This document shows positions 1 through 14,030 of a DNA stretch of 64,000 nt, in pieces. How positions within the stretch are numbered: position 1 is the stretch's first letter; each line of letters starts with the position of its first letter. Source of the stretch: Camelus ferus (taxonomy: Eukaryota); assembly GCF_009834535.1 (NCBI RefSeq), contig NC_045696.1, forward strand, positions 100,256,001 through 100,320,000, in the 5' to 3' direction. Below the pieces are notes generated by a model, which worked only from the letters and a program-made list of their open reading frames with translations, searched no databases and was not told where the DNA came from. The translations under genes and the position numbers were made by a program.

Positions 1-1689
1 TTTTTCCTTGTGATGAGAACTCAGGATTAATTTTCTTAGCAACGTTCATATATAACACACAGCAGTGTTAATTACATTTATCATGTTGTACATTACATCC
101 CAAGTACTTATTTATCTTATAGCTGAAGTTTGTACCTTCTGATCAGTTTTATACAATTTCCGCTCCCCTGCCTCTGCCTCTGGTGACCACAAATCTGATC
201 TCTTTTTCTATGAGATCGTTTGCTTGTTCGTTTTTGAGGTACAATTGCCTAAAACACTTATGTTAGTTCCTGGTGCACAGCATAGTAATTTGATATTTCT
301 ACACATTACAAAATGATCACCACAATAAATCTTAAGTATCATTTGTCATTTAAAAAGATATTACATTATGATTGACTGTATTTTCCACACTGTTCATTTT
401 ATACCCAAGGCTCATTTGTTTTGTAACTGGAAGTGTGTAAATCTTAATCTCCCTCTAATTCTCTCATCCCACCACTCCCACCCTCTCTGGCAACCACTGT
501 TTGTTTTCTGTATCTGTGACTCTGTTTCTGATTTGTTATGTTTATTCATTTGTTTTGTTTTTTAGATTTTGTATATAAGTGATATCATATGGTATTTGTC
601 TTTCTCTGTCTGACTTATTTCACTTTGACTAATACTCTCTAGGTTCATTCATGTTGTTGCCAATGGCAAGATTTCATTTTTTTAATGGCTGAGTAATAGT
701 CCACAGTATATATGTATCACAATTTCTTTATCCATTCACCTATTGGTAGACACTTAGGCTGCTTACATATATCCTGGCTATTGTAAATAATGCTGCAGTG
801 AACATAGGGGTACATATATATCTTTTAGAATTAGTGTTTTTGTTTTCTTGGAAAAAAATACCCAGAAGTGGAATTGATGGATCATACGGTAGTTCTCTGT
901 TTAGTTTTTTGAGGGACCTCCATACTGTTTTCCATAGTGGCTGCACCAATTTACATTCCCGCCAACATTGCAGGAGGGTTCCCCTTTCTCCAAATCCTCA
1001 CCAACATTTATTTTTTTTGTTTGTTTGTTTTTTTTGATAATAGCCATTTTAACAAGTGTGAGGTGATATCTCACTGTGTTTTTGATTTGCATTTCCCTGA
1101 TTAATTACATTGAGCATCTTTTCATGTGTCTGTTGGCCATTTGTATGTCTTCGGCAAAATGTCTTTTCAGGTCCTCTGCTCATTTTTCATTGGGTTTTTT
1201 TTTTGATGTTGAATTGTATGAATTCTTTGTATATTTTGCATATCAACCCCTTATTGGACATATTGTTTGCAAATGTCTTCTTCCATTCAGTAGGCAACCT
1301 TTTAGTTTTGTTGATAGTAGTTTTCTTCACTGTGCAAAGGCTTTATGGTTTGATTTAGTCCCATTTATTTTGCTTTTGTTTCTCTTGCCTGAGGAGGCAT
1401 ATCCAAAAAATACTGCTAAGAGCAATGTCAAAGAGTGTACTGCCTATATTTTCTTCTAGAAGTTTTATGGTTTCAGTTCTTATATTTAAGTCTTTCTTGT
1501 GAGTTTATTGCTGTATATATTATGAGAAAGTAGTCCAATTTGATCCTTTTGGATATAGTTGTCCAGTTTTCTCAACATCATTTATTAAAGAGGCTATCTT
1601 TTCCCATTGTATATTCTTGCCTCCATTTTCAAAGATTAACCATGTAAGTGTAGGTTTATTTCTGGGCTCTCTATTCTGTTCTTTTTATC

Positions 1690-1695
1690 TGTGTG

Positions 1696-1746
<51 letters not shown>
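1690..1746. repeat. (TG)n microsatellite
   Basis: About 24 uninterrupted TG units inside the L1. Confidence 0.97.
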
Positions 1747-3130
1747 TGCATGCACACATGTGCGTGCCAAGACCATACTGTTTTGATTACTGTACCTTTG
1801 TAGTACAGTTTGAAATCAGGGAGCATGATGCTTCCAGTTTTGTTCTTCCTTCTCAAGATTGCTTTGGCTATTTGGCATCTTTTGTGGTTTCATATAAATT
1901 TTAGCATTATTTGTTCTACTTTTGTGAAAAATGACATGGATATTTTGATAGGGATTGCACTGAATCTGCAGATTGCTTTGGGTAATATGGACATTTTCAC
2001 AATATTAGTTCTTCCAATCCATGAGTACAATTTGTCTTTTCATTTGTTTGAATCTTCTTCAGTTTATCTCACCTATGTCTTACAGTTTTCAGAGTATAAA
2101 TCTTTCACCTCCTTGGTTAAATATATTTCTAGGTGTTTTATTCTCCTTGATGCAATTGTAAGTAAAATTGTTTTTCTAAATTTCTTTCTGATAGATCATT
2201 ATTAGCATATAAAAATGCAACAGAGTTCAGTATATTGTTTGTACCCTACAACTTTACCGAATTCATTTAGTACACTTAGTAGTTTTTGGTGGAGTCGTTA
2301 GGGTGTTCTGTATACAGTATCATGTTGTCTACAAACAGTGGCAGTTTTACTTCTTCCTTTCCAGTTTGGATGCCTTTTATTTCTTTTTCTTGCCTAATTG
2401 CTCTGGCAACAACTTCCAAACGATGTTGAATAGAAGTCGGGAGACTGAGCATCCTTGTCTTCTTTCTGATCCTGCAGGAAAAATAACTTCAGCTTTTCAC
2501 CATTGAGTATTACATTAGCTGTGAGTTTGTCATATATGGCCCTTATTATGTTGAGGTATGTTTCCTATATAACCACTTTGTTAGAGTTGTTGTCATAAAT
2601 GGATGTTAAACTTTATTACAAGTTTTTTCTACATCTGTTACATCTATTATTATATGATTTTTATTCTTCACTTTGTTAATATGGTGTATCACATTGAGTG
2701 ATTTGTAGATGTTAATCCATTCTTGCATCACTAGAGTAAATCCCACTTGATAATGATGTATGATCCTTTTAATGAATTGCTGAATTCAGTTTGCTGATAT
2801 TCTATTGAAGATTTTTGCATCTGTGTTCATGATTGAAAATCACCTATGATTGCGTTTTTTTTGAAGTGTCTTTTTCTGGTTTTGCTCTCAGGGTAATGGT
2901 GGCCCCATAGAATGAGTTTAGAAGCATTCCTTCCTCTTCAATTTTTTGAGATAGTTTGAGAAGAATAGATATTAAGTCTTCTTTAAATGTTTGGTGGAAT
3001 TCATCTGTGAAACTGTCTGCTCCTGGACGTACATTTGTTGGAATGTTTTAGATGTTTGATTCAATTTCATTACTAGTAATCAGCCTGTTTAGATTTTTTA
3101 TTTCTTCCTGATCAGTCTTGGAAGATTATA

Positions 3131-3982
3131 CAGGCATACCTCATTGCACTTTGTTTTACTGTGCTTCACAGATACTGTGTTTTTTAAAAATTGAATGTTT
3201 GTAGCAACTGTGCATCGAGCAGTCAGTCCATCAGCACCATTTTTCCAACATGTTTAATCACTTTGTGTGTCTGTGTCACATTTTGATAATTCTCGTAATA
3301 TTTAAAACGTTCTCATTATTATTATACTTTTTATGTTATTGTATATCAGTTATAGTGATATATGATCTTTGATGTTACTATTATAATTTTTTTGGAGTGC
3401 CATAAACCTCACCTGTATAAAATGGTGAACTTAATTGATTGTTGAAATGACAACAAAAGACTTAGAATATTATATAAATATAGTTGATAAAGCAGTGGCA
3501 GGGTTTGAGAGGTTCACTCCAATTTTGAAAGAAGTTCTGCTGTGGGTAAAATGCTATTAAACAGCATTGCATGCTACAGAGAAACCATTTGTGAAAGGAA
3601 GAGTCAATTGATGTGGCAAACTTCATTGTTGTCTTATTTTAAGAAATTGCCACAGCCACCCCAGTCTTCAGAAACCACCACCCTGGTCAGTCAGCAACCA
3701 TCAACATCAAGTCGAGACCCTCAACCAGCAAAAAGATTATGACTCACTGAAGGCTCAGATGACGGTTAGCATTTTTTTAACAATAAAATATTTTTAAGTA
3801 AGGTATGTACATTGTTTTTTTAGACATAATGCTGTTGCACACATAATATACTATGGTATTATGTAAACAAAAGTGATATATTAACTAAGAAGCCAAAGAT
3901 TTTGTGTGACTCACTTTCTTGTGATATTTTCTTTATTGTCGTGGTCTGGAACCAAACCTGCAATACTTCTGAGGTATGCCTG
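3131..3982 (+). mobile_element. Tigger1-type (TcMar/pogo) DNA transposon, internally deleted
   Basis: Perfect 13-bp TIRs CAGGCATACCTCA / TGAGGTATGCCTG, TA duplicated on both sides, transposase C-terminal remnant (ORF 3542-3742). Confidence 0.93.
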
Positions 3983-6516
3983 TATGTTTCTAGGAATTCA
4001 TCCATTTCTTCTAGGTTGTCCAGTTTGTTGGTATACAATTGTTTGTAGTAATTTCTTGTGGTCTTTTCTATTACTGTGGTGTCCTTTGTAACTTTTCCTC
4101 TTTCATATCTGGTTTTATTGATTTGGGCTCCCTCATTTTTTTTTTCTGGATAAGTCCGGCTAAATATTTATTGATTTTGTCATTTCAAAGAAAAAGCTCT
4201 TAGATTCTTTGATTTTTTTTTTTCTGTTGTTTTCTTAGTATCTATTTCATTTATTTCCACCTTCATTTTTACTATTTCCTTCCTTCTAGTAACTTTGGGT
4301 TTTGTTTGTTCTTTTTGTGGTTCCTTTAGGTGGAAGGTTAGACAGCTTATTGTTTTCTGGTTTCCTGAGTTAGACCTTTGTCACTGTACACTTCCCTCTT
4401 TGAACTGCTTTTGCTGCATCCCATAGATCTCGGATTATTGTGTTTCCATTTTCATTTGTCTCCAGGCATTTTTTGATTTCCTCTTTGATTTCTTCAGTCA
4501 CCCATTGGTTGTTCAGTAGCATATTGTTTAGCCTTCACATGCTTGTATTTTTTGCATTTTTTTCAGGTAGTTGATTTCTAGTCTCATGTCCTTGGGGTTA
4601 AAAATATGCTTGATAGGATTTCGATCTTAAATTCATTGAGACTTGTGTTTTTCTTTTTTGCCCTAGAAGTCATCTATCCTGGAAAATGTTCATGTGCGCT
4701 TGAAAAGAATGTGTGTTTGCTGCTTTTGGATAGAATTTTCTGTATAAATCTATTTAGTCCATTTGGTCTAATTTGGTGTCATTTAAGACCAATGTTTCTG
4801 TATTGTTTTTGTCTGAGTGATCTATCCCTTGATGTAAGTGGGGTGTTAAAGTCTCCTACTATTATTGTGTTACTGTTGATTTTTCCCTTTTTGATTGTTA
4901 ATATGTGCTTTATGTATTTAGATACTCCCAGTGCAGCCAGCTGTAAGGCCTGGCTATAACTGGTGGGGTCCCCCTGGTGTGGTGTACTGGGCTGGCCCTT
5001 GAGGTAGGAACATCTTTGGGAAGTCCCTGCTGCTGAGCAAGGGTACCAGCTGGGACTCGCAGGGTGAAGGGCTGCTTTAGAGAGGCTCGGGTGCTGGATG
5101 AGGGTGCTTGTGGGTATAGGTGGGGTGGCGGCCATTTTGGAGGAACACTGGCTGGGTCGGATCTATAGGCGAACGCAGAGTGGGGCAAGTGGTACTGTTT
5201 GATGGGGAAAGTCAGAAATGGCACTTTCCAGCACCAGGCCAGCTAACTATAAGATGAGCCAAAAAACCAAACAAAACTGGAAGAAAAAACTGGTGCCCTC
5301 TCGCTCCTTTATACCTGGACACAATTCCAACAGATCCTTGCTCCTTGAGCACACGCCCTAAAATTATTAAAGGAATTTCCTTTTTGTATGACCCAGGTGC
5401 TTTTCTAACTGCTGCCTCTGCACTGGGACTTGGGATGAGTGAGTCTGTGCATGTGCCCTTTAAGCAGAGTCTGTTCCCTACAGCCCCCTGGCTCTCCCGC
5501 ATGTGAGCCGTGCTGGTTTTAAAGCTGGATGTTATGGGGGCTGGTCTTCCCAGTGCAGGGGAGCCCAGTGCAGGGTTTGGACCCTTCACTCCTTGGGGAA
5601 GACCTCTGGGGCTCTGATACCCCTAACTTGTGGATCGCTCTACTCAGGGTGTGGGTTCTGACTGGACTGCATCTCTGCCTCTCCTAGCTGTCTCATTGTA
5701 GCTTTTGCTTTTTATCTTTGGTTGTGGAAAATATTTTCTGCTAATCTTCAGGTCGTTCTCAGAGCCAGTTCTCTGTATGTGGTTATAATTTTGGTGTGTC
5801 TGCAGGGAGAGGTGAGCGCAGGACCCTCCTACTCTGTCGTCTTGTTCTGCCCGCCTACTTTGGTTTACTGTTGGTAAGATTTGTGGGATGGCTATAATTA
5901 GGACTTGTTCTAGATCTGTTTTAATCTGCAGGCTTTCTCTTCGTGAAGTCTGAATCACTGCCCTTAAGCCTAGTTTACAGTAAGTAGCATAGTTTCCCAG
6001 AAGAATTTAGTGCCTTTTGGTGATAAAATTTATACAGTAACTTGTGTGGTGATGGTTGGTAAGAGGTCACACTGCCACTGCCCCATTCGCTGTACTTGTC
6101 TGCACTGGGCCTTTAAACATATTTATCTTATTACTAAATTACTATTCACATGACTGCTCATATTTGTGTTGTTTTTGCTAATAAGTCTCATTAACTCAAT
6201 TAAAACTGTGTGTTTCATTGTTTGACATATTTCTTTAATTGTGTCTATTCTTATTTCTTATATAATGAAATAATATGACCTTTATGACTTACAATGAAGT
6301 TTTTAGCATTTGTAGACAAAGTTTGTCCAGATTTATGATTCCCAGTCTGAAGAGAACTTTGTTCATTGTGTACCTCTCAGTGATAAATGTTAATACAGTT
6401 ATTAAGGGGCTATAGCTAATGCAGAAAACATGTTTTGAAGTTAGGTGTTTATAGAATGAAGGCACATTGATGGGAGAGGCTTATTTTTGTTAATACAGTT
6501 TTCCTTCATTTACTAG

Positions 6517-6618
6517 ATTCTGCTGAATTATTTTGGAAACTATGTACCTAATGCATGGACACAAGATAGCGGCTGCACTCTTTGTGAAGTGGACACAGTT
6601 GACTTGTCTACATTGGAT
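6517..6618 (+). CDS. PLOD2: PLOD2 coding exon 8 (102 nt)
   Basis: tactag|ATT...GAT|gtaagt; translates [34 protein letters not shown], recognised as lysyl hydroxylase 2; phase 0/0. Confidence 0.96.
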
Positions 6619-7074
6619 GTAAGTGGAATTGACTCTGTGAAATGTAGTAATGCAAAGTACATTGTCATGAAATGCAATGATTTGTAAAAAGAAAAAAAGC
6701 ACATTATTTCAGGGTTTTGATAATACGGTGGATAATGGATTTATAAAGCTAAAACATGCTGACTCAGAAAATTGCTGGATTTGTGTATTTCTAAACTGTT
6801 TCTGAAAGCAAAACCAGCTAGTAGTTGACCCTTGTACAAGGGGTTTGGTTGTTAATGTTGAATACCTTGCTGTGATTGGGCACTCACTTTATTATAGTCT
6901 GTTAACTTGGTCAAATCATTGAGGAAAGAATGGTTACGATGCTTCAGTATTTGTATTGACTAATTTTATCTGTGCTTGATTTTCAAATTTGATAATTAAA
7001 AAAATACATATGTATATAATTACATAACTAAGATCTGTTTCAATATTTTACATATTGTGACTCATATTAATTTC

Positions 7075-7240
7075 ACAGATCTCTTAAGTAGGTAGTACTA
7101 TTGACCAAGTTTTACAATGAGAAAACTGAGGTGCATACACATTAAGTAACTCACTTAAGGCATGCAGTTTTGTTTTAAGTGTTGGAGATGGGATTTGAAT
7201 ATAGGCATTCTGGCCCTGGACTTATAATTTTGACCACTGT
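7075..7240 (-). mobile_element. MIR SINE
   Basis: ttttacaatgagaaaactgagg...aagtaactcac...gggatttgaa resembles the antisense MIR core and B box. Confidence 0.7.
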
Positions 7241-8454
7241 GCAATTTTGTCTGGATTTCATGTATGTATTACATGTCAGGCAGAGTGCTACTTATACATG
7301 TATTTCATGGAGAATTATAACTATGGTTTACTATTTGTACCTTGAGGGTAAATGAGCAATGGGAAATAATTATTATTGATCTATGAAATGTTCTATGCAT
7401 CCTCTTCAACCAGGGAGTTGCAAGATATCCTATAGTTAGGATATCCTAACTATATCCTAGTTATAGTTAATAGGACTTTTTTTCTTCCAAAAAATTATTC
7501 TTGTAACTTGGAAGACTACTATGTGTATGAACAATTGGATTCTAGGGATGATTTTGCCATTAAGACTGATCCTTTCCTTCATTCACCAATTATTGAGTAT
7601 CTACAGCATGCCAGACAAGTAGCCAATATAGACAAAAATAAAATTCCCCCTAATGTAATTCTGGTAACTCCTGGACCCGTGCATGTACAAAATACTCTCA
7701 CTGTAAAGCACAAAGCTCCTGAATTATAATAGCTTCTTTTCTTATTGCTGTCGGAAGGGGAGGATAAAGAGTAAGTTGTGCACATTTAAGAGCTTCTGAA
7801 TAGTCCTATTTTACTTGAAAATAAGACTTTTTGGCCAGTTTGGCCAGAAATAACAAACTGAATGTTTCTTATCTGGAAAGAAAGCCAGAAAATTTCTGAA
7901 TGATGTTTAAAAATTCATTCTAATCTGTTTTGTAAAGTAAATGTTGTCTTCTGGAGGGAGAGTTAAACTATTTTATCTGTTTGGTTTCCTTTTACATAAA
8001 CCTTCTGGTGTAAAGATAGAAAAATATTTACATTATAATTTTTATCTTTATTTTTTGCACGTAGGAATAAATCACTTGATCCTTAAGCTGAGGTTTTTTT
8101 TTTTTGTCTTATAGGCGTTAGAAAGGAAAACCATTTAATTATGCAAAATAAATTTCTTGTGTGCTTTATATATGTAGTAATTATGCAATAAGGGTATAAA
8201 GATTAAAATTATGTGGGGAGTTAGGATCTAGGGCTACCGTATTCTTAGATGTGGGCCATGGCAACTTTCTTAATATGTAAAAATGACGATGGCTGTCTTG
8301 GAGGATTGGTAGGAGGGTTAAATGAAACTTTATATTCATTCATATATATATATAAAATGATGTTTTATATATATATAAGTAATATATATGAAGTGCTAAG
8401 CCTTGAATAACAGTTAATTGTTACACTGTTGTTATTACTGGTATGTAAAAATGA

Positions 8455-8612
8455 GCTTAGGTCGATACTGCAGATGTAGCATGTTGAAGCCCAGCTCTTT
8501 ACCTACTAATTTGTTTTCTGAGTTTCTTAACTTCTCGAAATCCCATTTTGCTCCTGTGTAAATTTGGTATAATAAATAACTTCTAAGGTTATTATGAAAT
8601 TTAAATTAAATG
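8455..8612 (+). mobile_element. MIR SINE fragment
   Basis: cccagctctttacctacta...tttcttaacttctc...ctcctgtgtaaa...aggttattatgaaattt, a degraded MIR core. Confidence 0.55.
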
Positions 8613-9856
8613 CATCACTTTATTTGATAAGGGAGAGTTGTCATCCAGATTTGTTCATTTCCCCTATTAAATTGAGAACTCCTAGAAGGTAAATATTTTG
8701 TCTTTAGTTTTTTTTTTTTTTTTTAGTGATTTAGTAATAAATATTTGGATGACTGAATGAATTGTTGAGAAGTACAACAGTGTATGAGTTGTACTTCAAT
8801 GCAAACAAGTCTTAAGTTATAATTCAGATAATGGAGGAGTATATGAGGAGTATATGTGTGAAAAGATGGGGAAGAGTTAGCTAATTCAGCACTTAATATA
8901 TATGGTACTTTAAAAAAATCTGTGATCTTTATTTAAAATGTTTCTTATTATTTAAATAATTTTTCTTGCTCAGTAATGCACTGTATTTACTTTTTCTTTT
9001 TACCTTTTGATCTCCTTCACCCATCTGTATGTAATCTGTAATCTGTCATTTAAAAATCTAATCTTTAAAGTCATACTTTAAAACGTGGATTTAAAAAGGC
9101 ATTTATAAAGAAATCTTTCATATGGTTCTAGTAATAACACTATTCCCTGGTCATTTACTTACGTTTCTGTTTTTTCTCAATCATTTGTAAGTTTTTTCAA
9201 ACCAGGAACTTTCACTCCTTTTTCTATAGATTGCTTATCAGAAGGACTGACTAATAATGGATACGTCAGAATTGTTCATGCAATGAATGAAGGTTAAGTT
9301 ATCCTCTAAAACTTACCCAAACAGAAATTAAGAAAATACATGAAAATAGATAAAGATAAAATGTATTAGTGAGAGAAAGTAGTTTTCCTCATATATCATA
9401 TAATAATGAAGCATTAGTGCTATCAGTAAAATGAGATGAAAGGTGCAAGGACAGAAATAAACCCTCAAGTCCTCTATGATTGCTTTATTTGAGCTAAAAA
9501 TTAACCCCTGAACTTCCAAGCCATGGAAACAAAGCGCAAAGCATGGTAAGCATTCTGGCTGTCAAAATAGAGTCAGATCTGAAGGAAGTTTCCTTAAGGA
9601 CCACCTTGAAGGAAGCCTTAAAGGTTAGAGCAGGCAGTAACCTTAGTCACATCCCTACAGTAAATATGATAGTTTCTGCTTCACCCTAAGTCGTAATGTC
9701 AAGATGTGATTCAGTGAAATCGCTTTGATGGGGTTCCCAAAAATGTATTTCGAGTGTTGGAGAATTGCCATGGGGCAGTCACATTAAGAGGATTATGTTG
9801 TACTGACGTCCTAGTATAGTTTATGTTGTAATAATTGAGACTTGAATAGAATTTAA

Positions 9857-10042
<186 letters not shown>

Positions 10043-11660
10043 TGAGAAATGAATGTTTATATGAAAACTATTTTGATCTTATTTGAAACTATTTATTATT
10101 ATTTATTTATGCCTAAAATTTTTTTTAAATTTGAGTTAAGTTCAGTGGGGGATTTTTGAAGTAATTACAGCCCTGTCTGTTTAGGACCTAAGGATTTAGA
10201 GTCCAAAAACTAGTATCATAGTATTGGGATGAGCCACATGAAACTATCAGTTTTTTTGTAGATCAAAAATGGTTGAATATTAGCCATTTTTATATGTTCA
10301 ACTTAATTTATAATGAAGAGATGTCAAAAAGGGCCTGTGGTCATTTGCATTTGGTCTGGTGCTTTTGTAGAACTGGCCATTAAGTTGCTTCCAGCTAGTG
10401 AGAATACCTAACATCAGAACTTGAAATAGCTTCCAGATACAGTGTTGTTTTGATTAATCACACAATGTATGCTCTTCGTGGAAGAATTCTGATACTGTCA
10501 TTTCCTTCAGAAATATTCAGAACCTCCTAAATGCCTCCCACATATAATCTAAGTTTAAATACATTTTCCTCAGTATTTTTCCATTTACTTGTCTCTTTAC
10601 TATTAAAACAGTTGGCATTTATTATCATCTAGAAAAGTCAATAGCTGTGAAGTATGCTCTTTTCTCTCTTTTGTTCTAATACTTTTTGTTTAACATTGGT
10701 CTTTCTTCCTGATCAGCTAATCATTTGCCTTTTCTGCAGACTATTTTACGTTTGCACAAAACCAGCTAAAATAAGTTTAAAAGGGTGAATGCAGTGAGCA
10801 TTGTAATGTATGTACTTACATTAAGGTGTTTTATTTTTATGTATTGTCTCTTATTTATATTTTCCCCCTTTCATAGGACCTAAAACCCCTTGATAGCAGT
10901 TTTTATCTTCTCTTCTTTTATTTGAAATTAACTCTATGCAGCTTTTATATGATAAAGTAGTTTTAACAAGCTGTGAAAAGCTTTCAAATATGCTTAGTGA
11001 GATGATACATAAAAAGCTCTGAGATGCTCTAATGATGAAGATAGATAATCTTGTCTAAATTTTAGCCCAGTTGAATGACACTAATTTGATGACTTTTATT
11101 TGATGATTTTCTCATATTTCCTTATTAATAAAATTTTATTAACTTTCCCTGCTTTTTGTAAAAAACACAATTTTATATTTGAACATTAATTTTTCTCTCT
11201 GGCTTTAAATAATATTGTAATATTTATTTTATAAATATGATTATATTTACAATTCAGATTGATATCTGTTGGTTAAGTAGATTTTTTAGTGGATATTTTA
11301 CAACATATGTATGAGATTCTCAGGCCACCAGATATTTTTCCCCTCATGTTAGAAACATTTTATAGCACCCAGGATTTAAATATTAATGCAAAGATCTGTC
11401 TAGTATTAGATATTAAAAGAATTTTGAAGTATCTTTTAAAAATATTGATATGTATCTATTTTAGATTTTTCACATGACATTTAGATGGTATTTAAATATG
11501 AGATGTTTAATAGGCTTATCATTTTGTCTGTAATTGAGTGAATAGTGGAATTCACAATTTTGAATGTGAAGCCATTCCTACATATGAATACTTCAGTCAT
11601 TTTATTGTCTTTTTTCTCACTACTTTTTTCCTTCTTTCTTTCTTTCTTTTTTTTAACTAA

Positions 11661-11855
<195 letters not shown>

Positions 11856-12639
11856 TAAAAAAGAAAAACATCTTTTTTTCACAATTAGTAATCTGAAGTT
11901 GGATGTCTCAACTGTGTGTGTGTGTATGTGTGCGCATCTGTGTGTTTGTGCCCACACATGAGTATATCTCTGCTGTTAAACTTATCTGTACTTGTATGTA
12001 TTTATATCTAAAAGGCCATGAAAGTTATTTACATTTTTCTTTTAATGGCTAAGAGTCAATATAGTTAATCAAACTATTCACTGAACTTTAGATCAAAATT
12101 TCAAAAAGTACTCAGACAAGTGAATAGTATGACTGATGGAGCATCGTTTTGAATGTTCATTACCTGAATGTTGTGTATGGCAAAACTGTGTTTCAAACAT
12201 TCTAGTTGCCTGCTGATCTAATCGTACTGTAATCCTCAGGAGAAATATTTTAGGTCCTTTGTTTAGTCCTTTACTACTTCAGACAGATTACTAGTAAATT
12301 CTGGGTAATAGTAAAAAACTCGTTTATTCAGTAAATGTTAATTGAATATGCTAGTCAGTGGGTTAAGACGGCTGATAAAAAGGTGAGTAAGATATGGTGC
12401 TTTCTCAGCAGGGAATGTTCTTGTCTTGTATATGAAAGCTCTGGGCCCTTAAGTGATGGAGAGTGCCTGGTGTGGGGGTGAAGGGACAAGCAGGGACACA
12501 GGCCTCAGAGAAACCAAACAGCTGTTATTACTGCTGGTTCCATAACCTGGTCATCGGAGAGTACATTGGATCCACATTTAGAACTTATTTTCTCTATTTA
12601 AAAAATTTTTGTTTGTGCTCTGTTATGTCAGATTTTGGC

Positions 12640-13865
12640 TCAGTACAATGTTTTCTAATTCACTCATGTCATTGAAGTTATTAGCAGTCCATTCCTTTTC
12701 ATTGCTGACTAGTATTTTATCATATGAATATATTGCAAGTGGTTTATACACTCTCCTGTTGATCAACATTGGGTTATGTCCAGTTTGGGGGCATTATGAG
12801 TAAGGCTGCTAGTGAAGATTCGTTATTAGAAGGGTGTGTGTGTGTGTGTGTCTGAGAGAGAGAGTGTATGTGTGTATATATGCTTTACTATATTTGGGTA
12901 AAGTACTAACGTGTGACTAATTAGGGCAAAGGGTTAGGCTGGAGGTATGTTTAACTTTATAAGAAACTGCTAAATATTTCAAAATGGTTGGACCATTTTA
13001 TAGTTGAAACAGCAAGGTAATAGAGCTCCAACTGCTCCATGTATTTGAAACATTTGATATTGTCTGTCTTTTTATTTTAGCCACCCTACTGGGTATGGAA
13101 AGGTATCTTAGTAGGGTTGTAATTTCATTCCCTGATGACTAATTCCCTGTTCAACTAATTCCCTGTTCATGTGTTAATTGGCCATGTGTATTTCATAATG
13201 TAGAGTATCCAAATCTTTTGTGCATGTTTGTTTACATTGAGCTGTCTTTTTTTGTTATATAGTTTGTAGGAGTTCTTTATATATTCTGTATACAAAAATC
13301 TATCTATAAATCTCTATCTACATCTATATCTGTGTGTATAATGTTTTGTATCTGTTCCATTCGGTGGCTTGCTGTTTTACTTTTTTAGTGTTGTCTTTTG
13401 AGAAAAAATTTTAATTTTAGTAAAATTCTATTTTTTTCTTTATGCTTTATGCTTCTGGGTATATTTTCTATTTAAGAAATCTTTCTTATTCCAATGTCAT
13501 GAAGACATTCTTTGGAATTTTTGTTTCGTAAGCTTTATTGTTCTAGCATTTATGTTTAAGATGGTTCAATCTGCAATTCATCTTGAATACATTTTTGTGT
13601 TTGGAGTGAAGTAGGGGTCAAATTTTATTCTTTGCAAATGGAATTCCAGTTGTTTCAACACTCCTTTTTAATTTAAAGCTTTTCTTTTCCTACTAATTGA
13701 CTTGGCCTTGGTCAAAAATCCGTTGACTGAGTATGAATGATTGTGAACTCTCTATTCTGTTTCATTGTTGTAAGATCAGTTCCAGACCTTATTACTAGGG
13801 ATTTATATTAATCTTGAAATAATACAGTATAAATTTTTCAATTTTTTCCAAGATAATTTTGGCTA
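12640..13865 (-). mobile_element. Old L1 (L1M-type) ORF2 3' fragment
   Basis: Typical antisense L1 phrases: aactttataagaaactgc, attttagccacccta, gtgaagtaggggtcaaatttt. Confidence 0.75.
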
Positions 13866-13877
13866 TTTTTCAAAAAA

Positions 13878-14030
13878 TTTTTATTTAGATTATTATTTTT
13901 ATGGAGGTTTAATCAACATATAACATATTAGTTTCAGGTGTACAACATAATGATTTTATATTTGTATACACTGAAATAATCACTGCAGTAAGTCTAGTTA
14001 CCATCTGTCAACATACATAGTTACAAAATT
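13878..14030 (-). mobile_element. Short L1 3'-end fragment
   Basis: T-rich tail then attagtttcaggtgtacaacataatgatt...agtctagttaccatctgtca. Confidence 0.75.

Larger units (their letters stand above)
1..5855 (-). mobile_element. Old LINE-1 (3' UTR, most of ORF2, 5' UTR; ORF1 missing), interrupted by Tigger1 and a (TG)n
   Basis: Minus-strand ORF2p fragments ([40 protein letters not shown]); L1 5'-terminus-like sequence near 5800-5855; many frameshifts. Confidence 0.92.

Noticed and set aside
3542..3742. TIGD1-like or active transposase gene
   Set aside because: Only a C-terminal remnant inside an internally deleted Tigger; no DNA-binding or DDE domain
13138..13169. 16-bp tandem duplication actaattccctgttca (similar small ones near 8835 and 29560)
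   Set aside because: Ordinary slippage events with no sign of function
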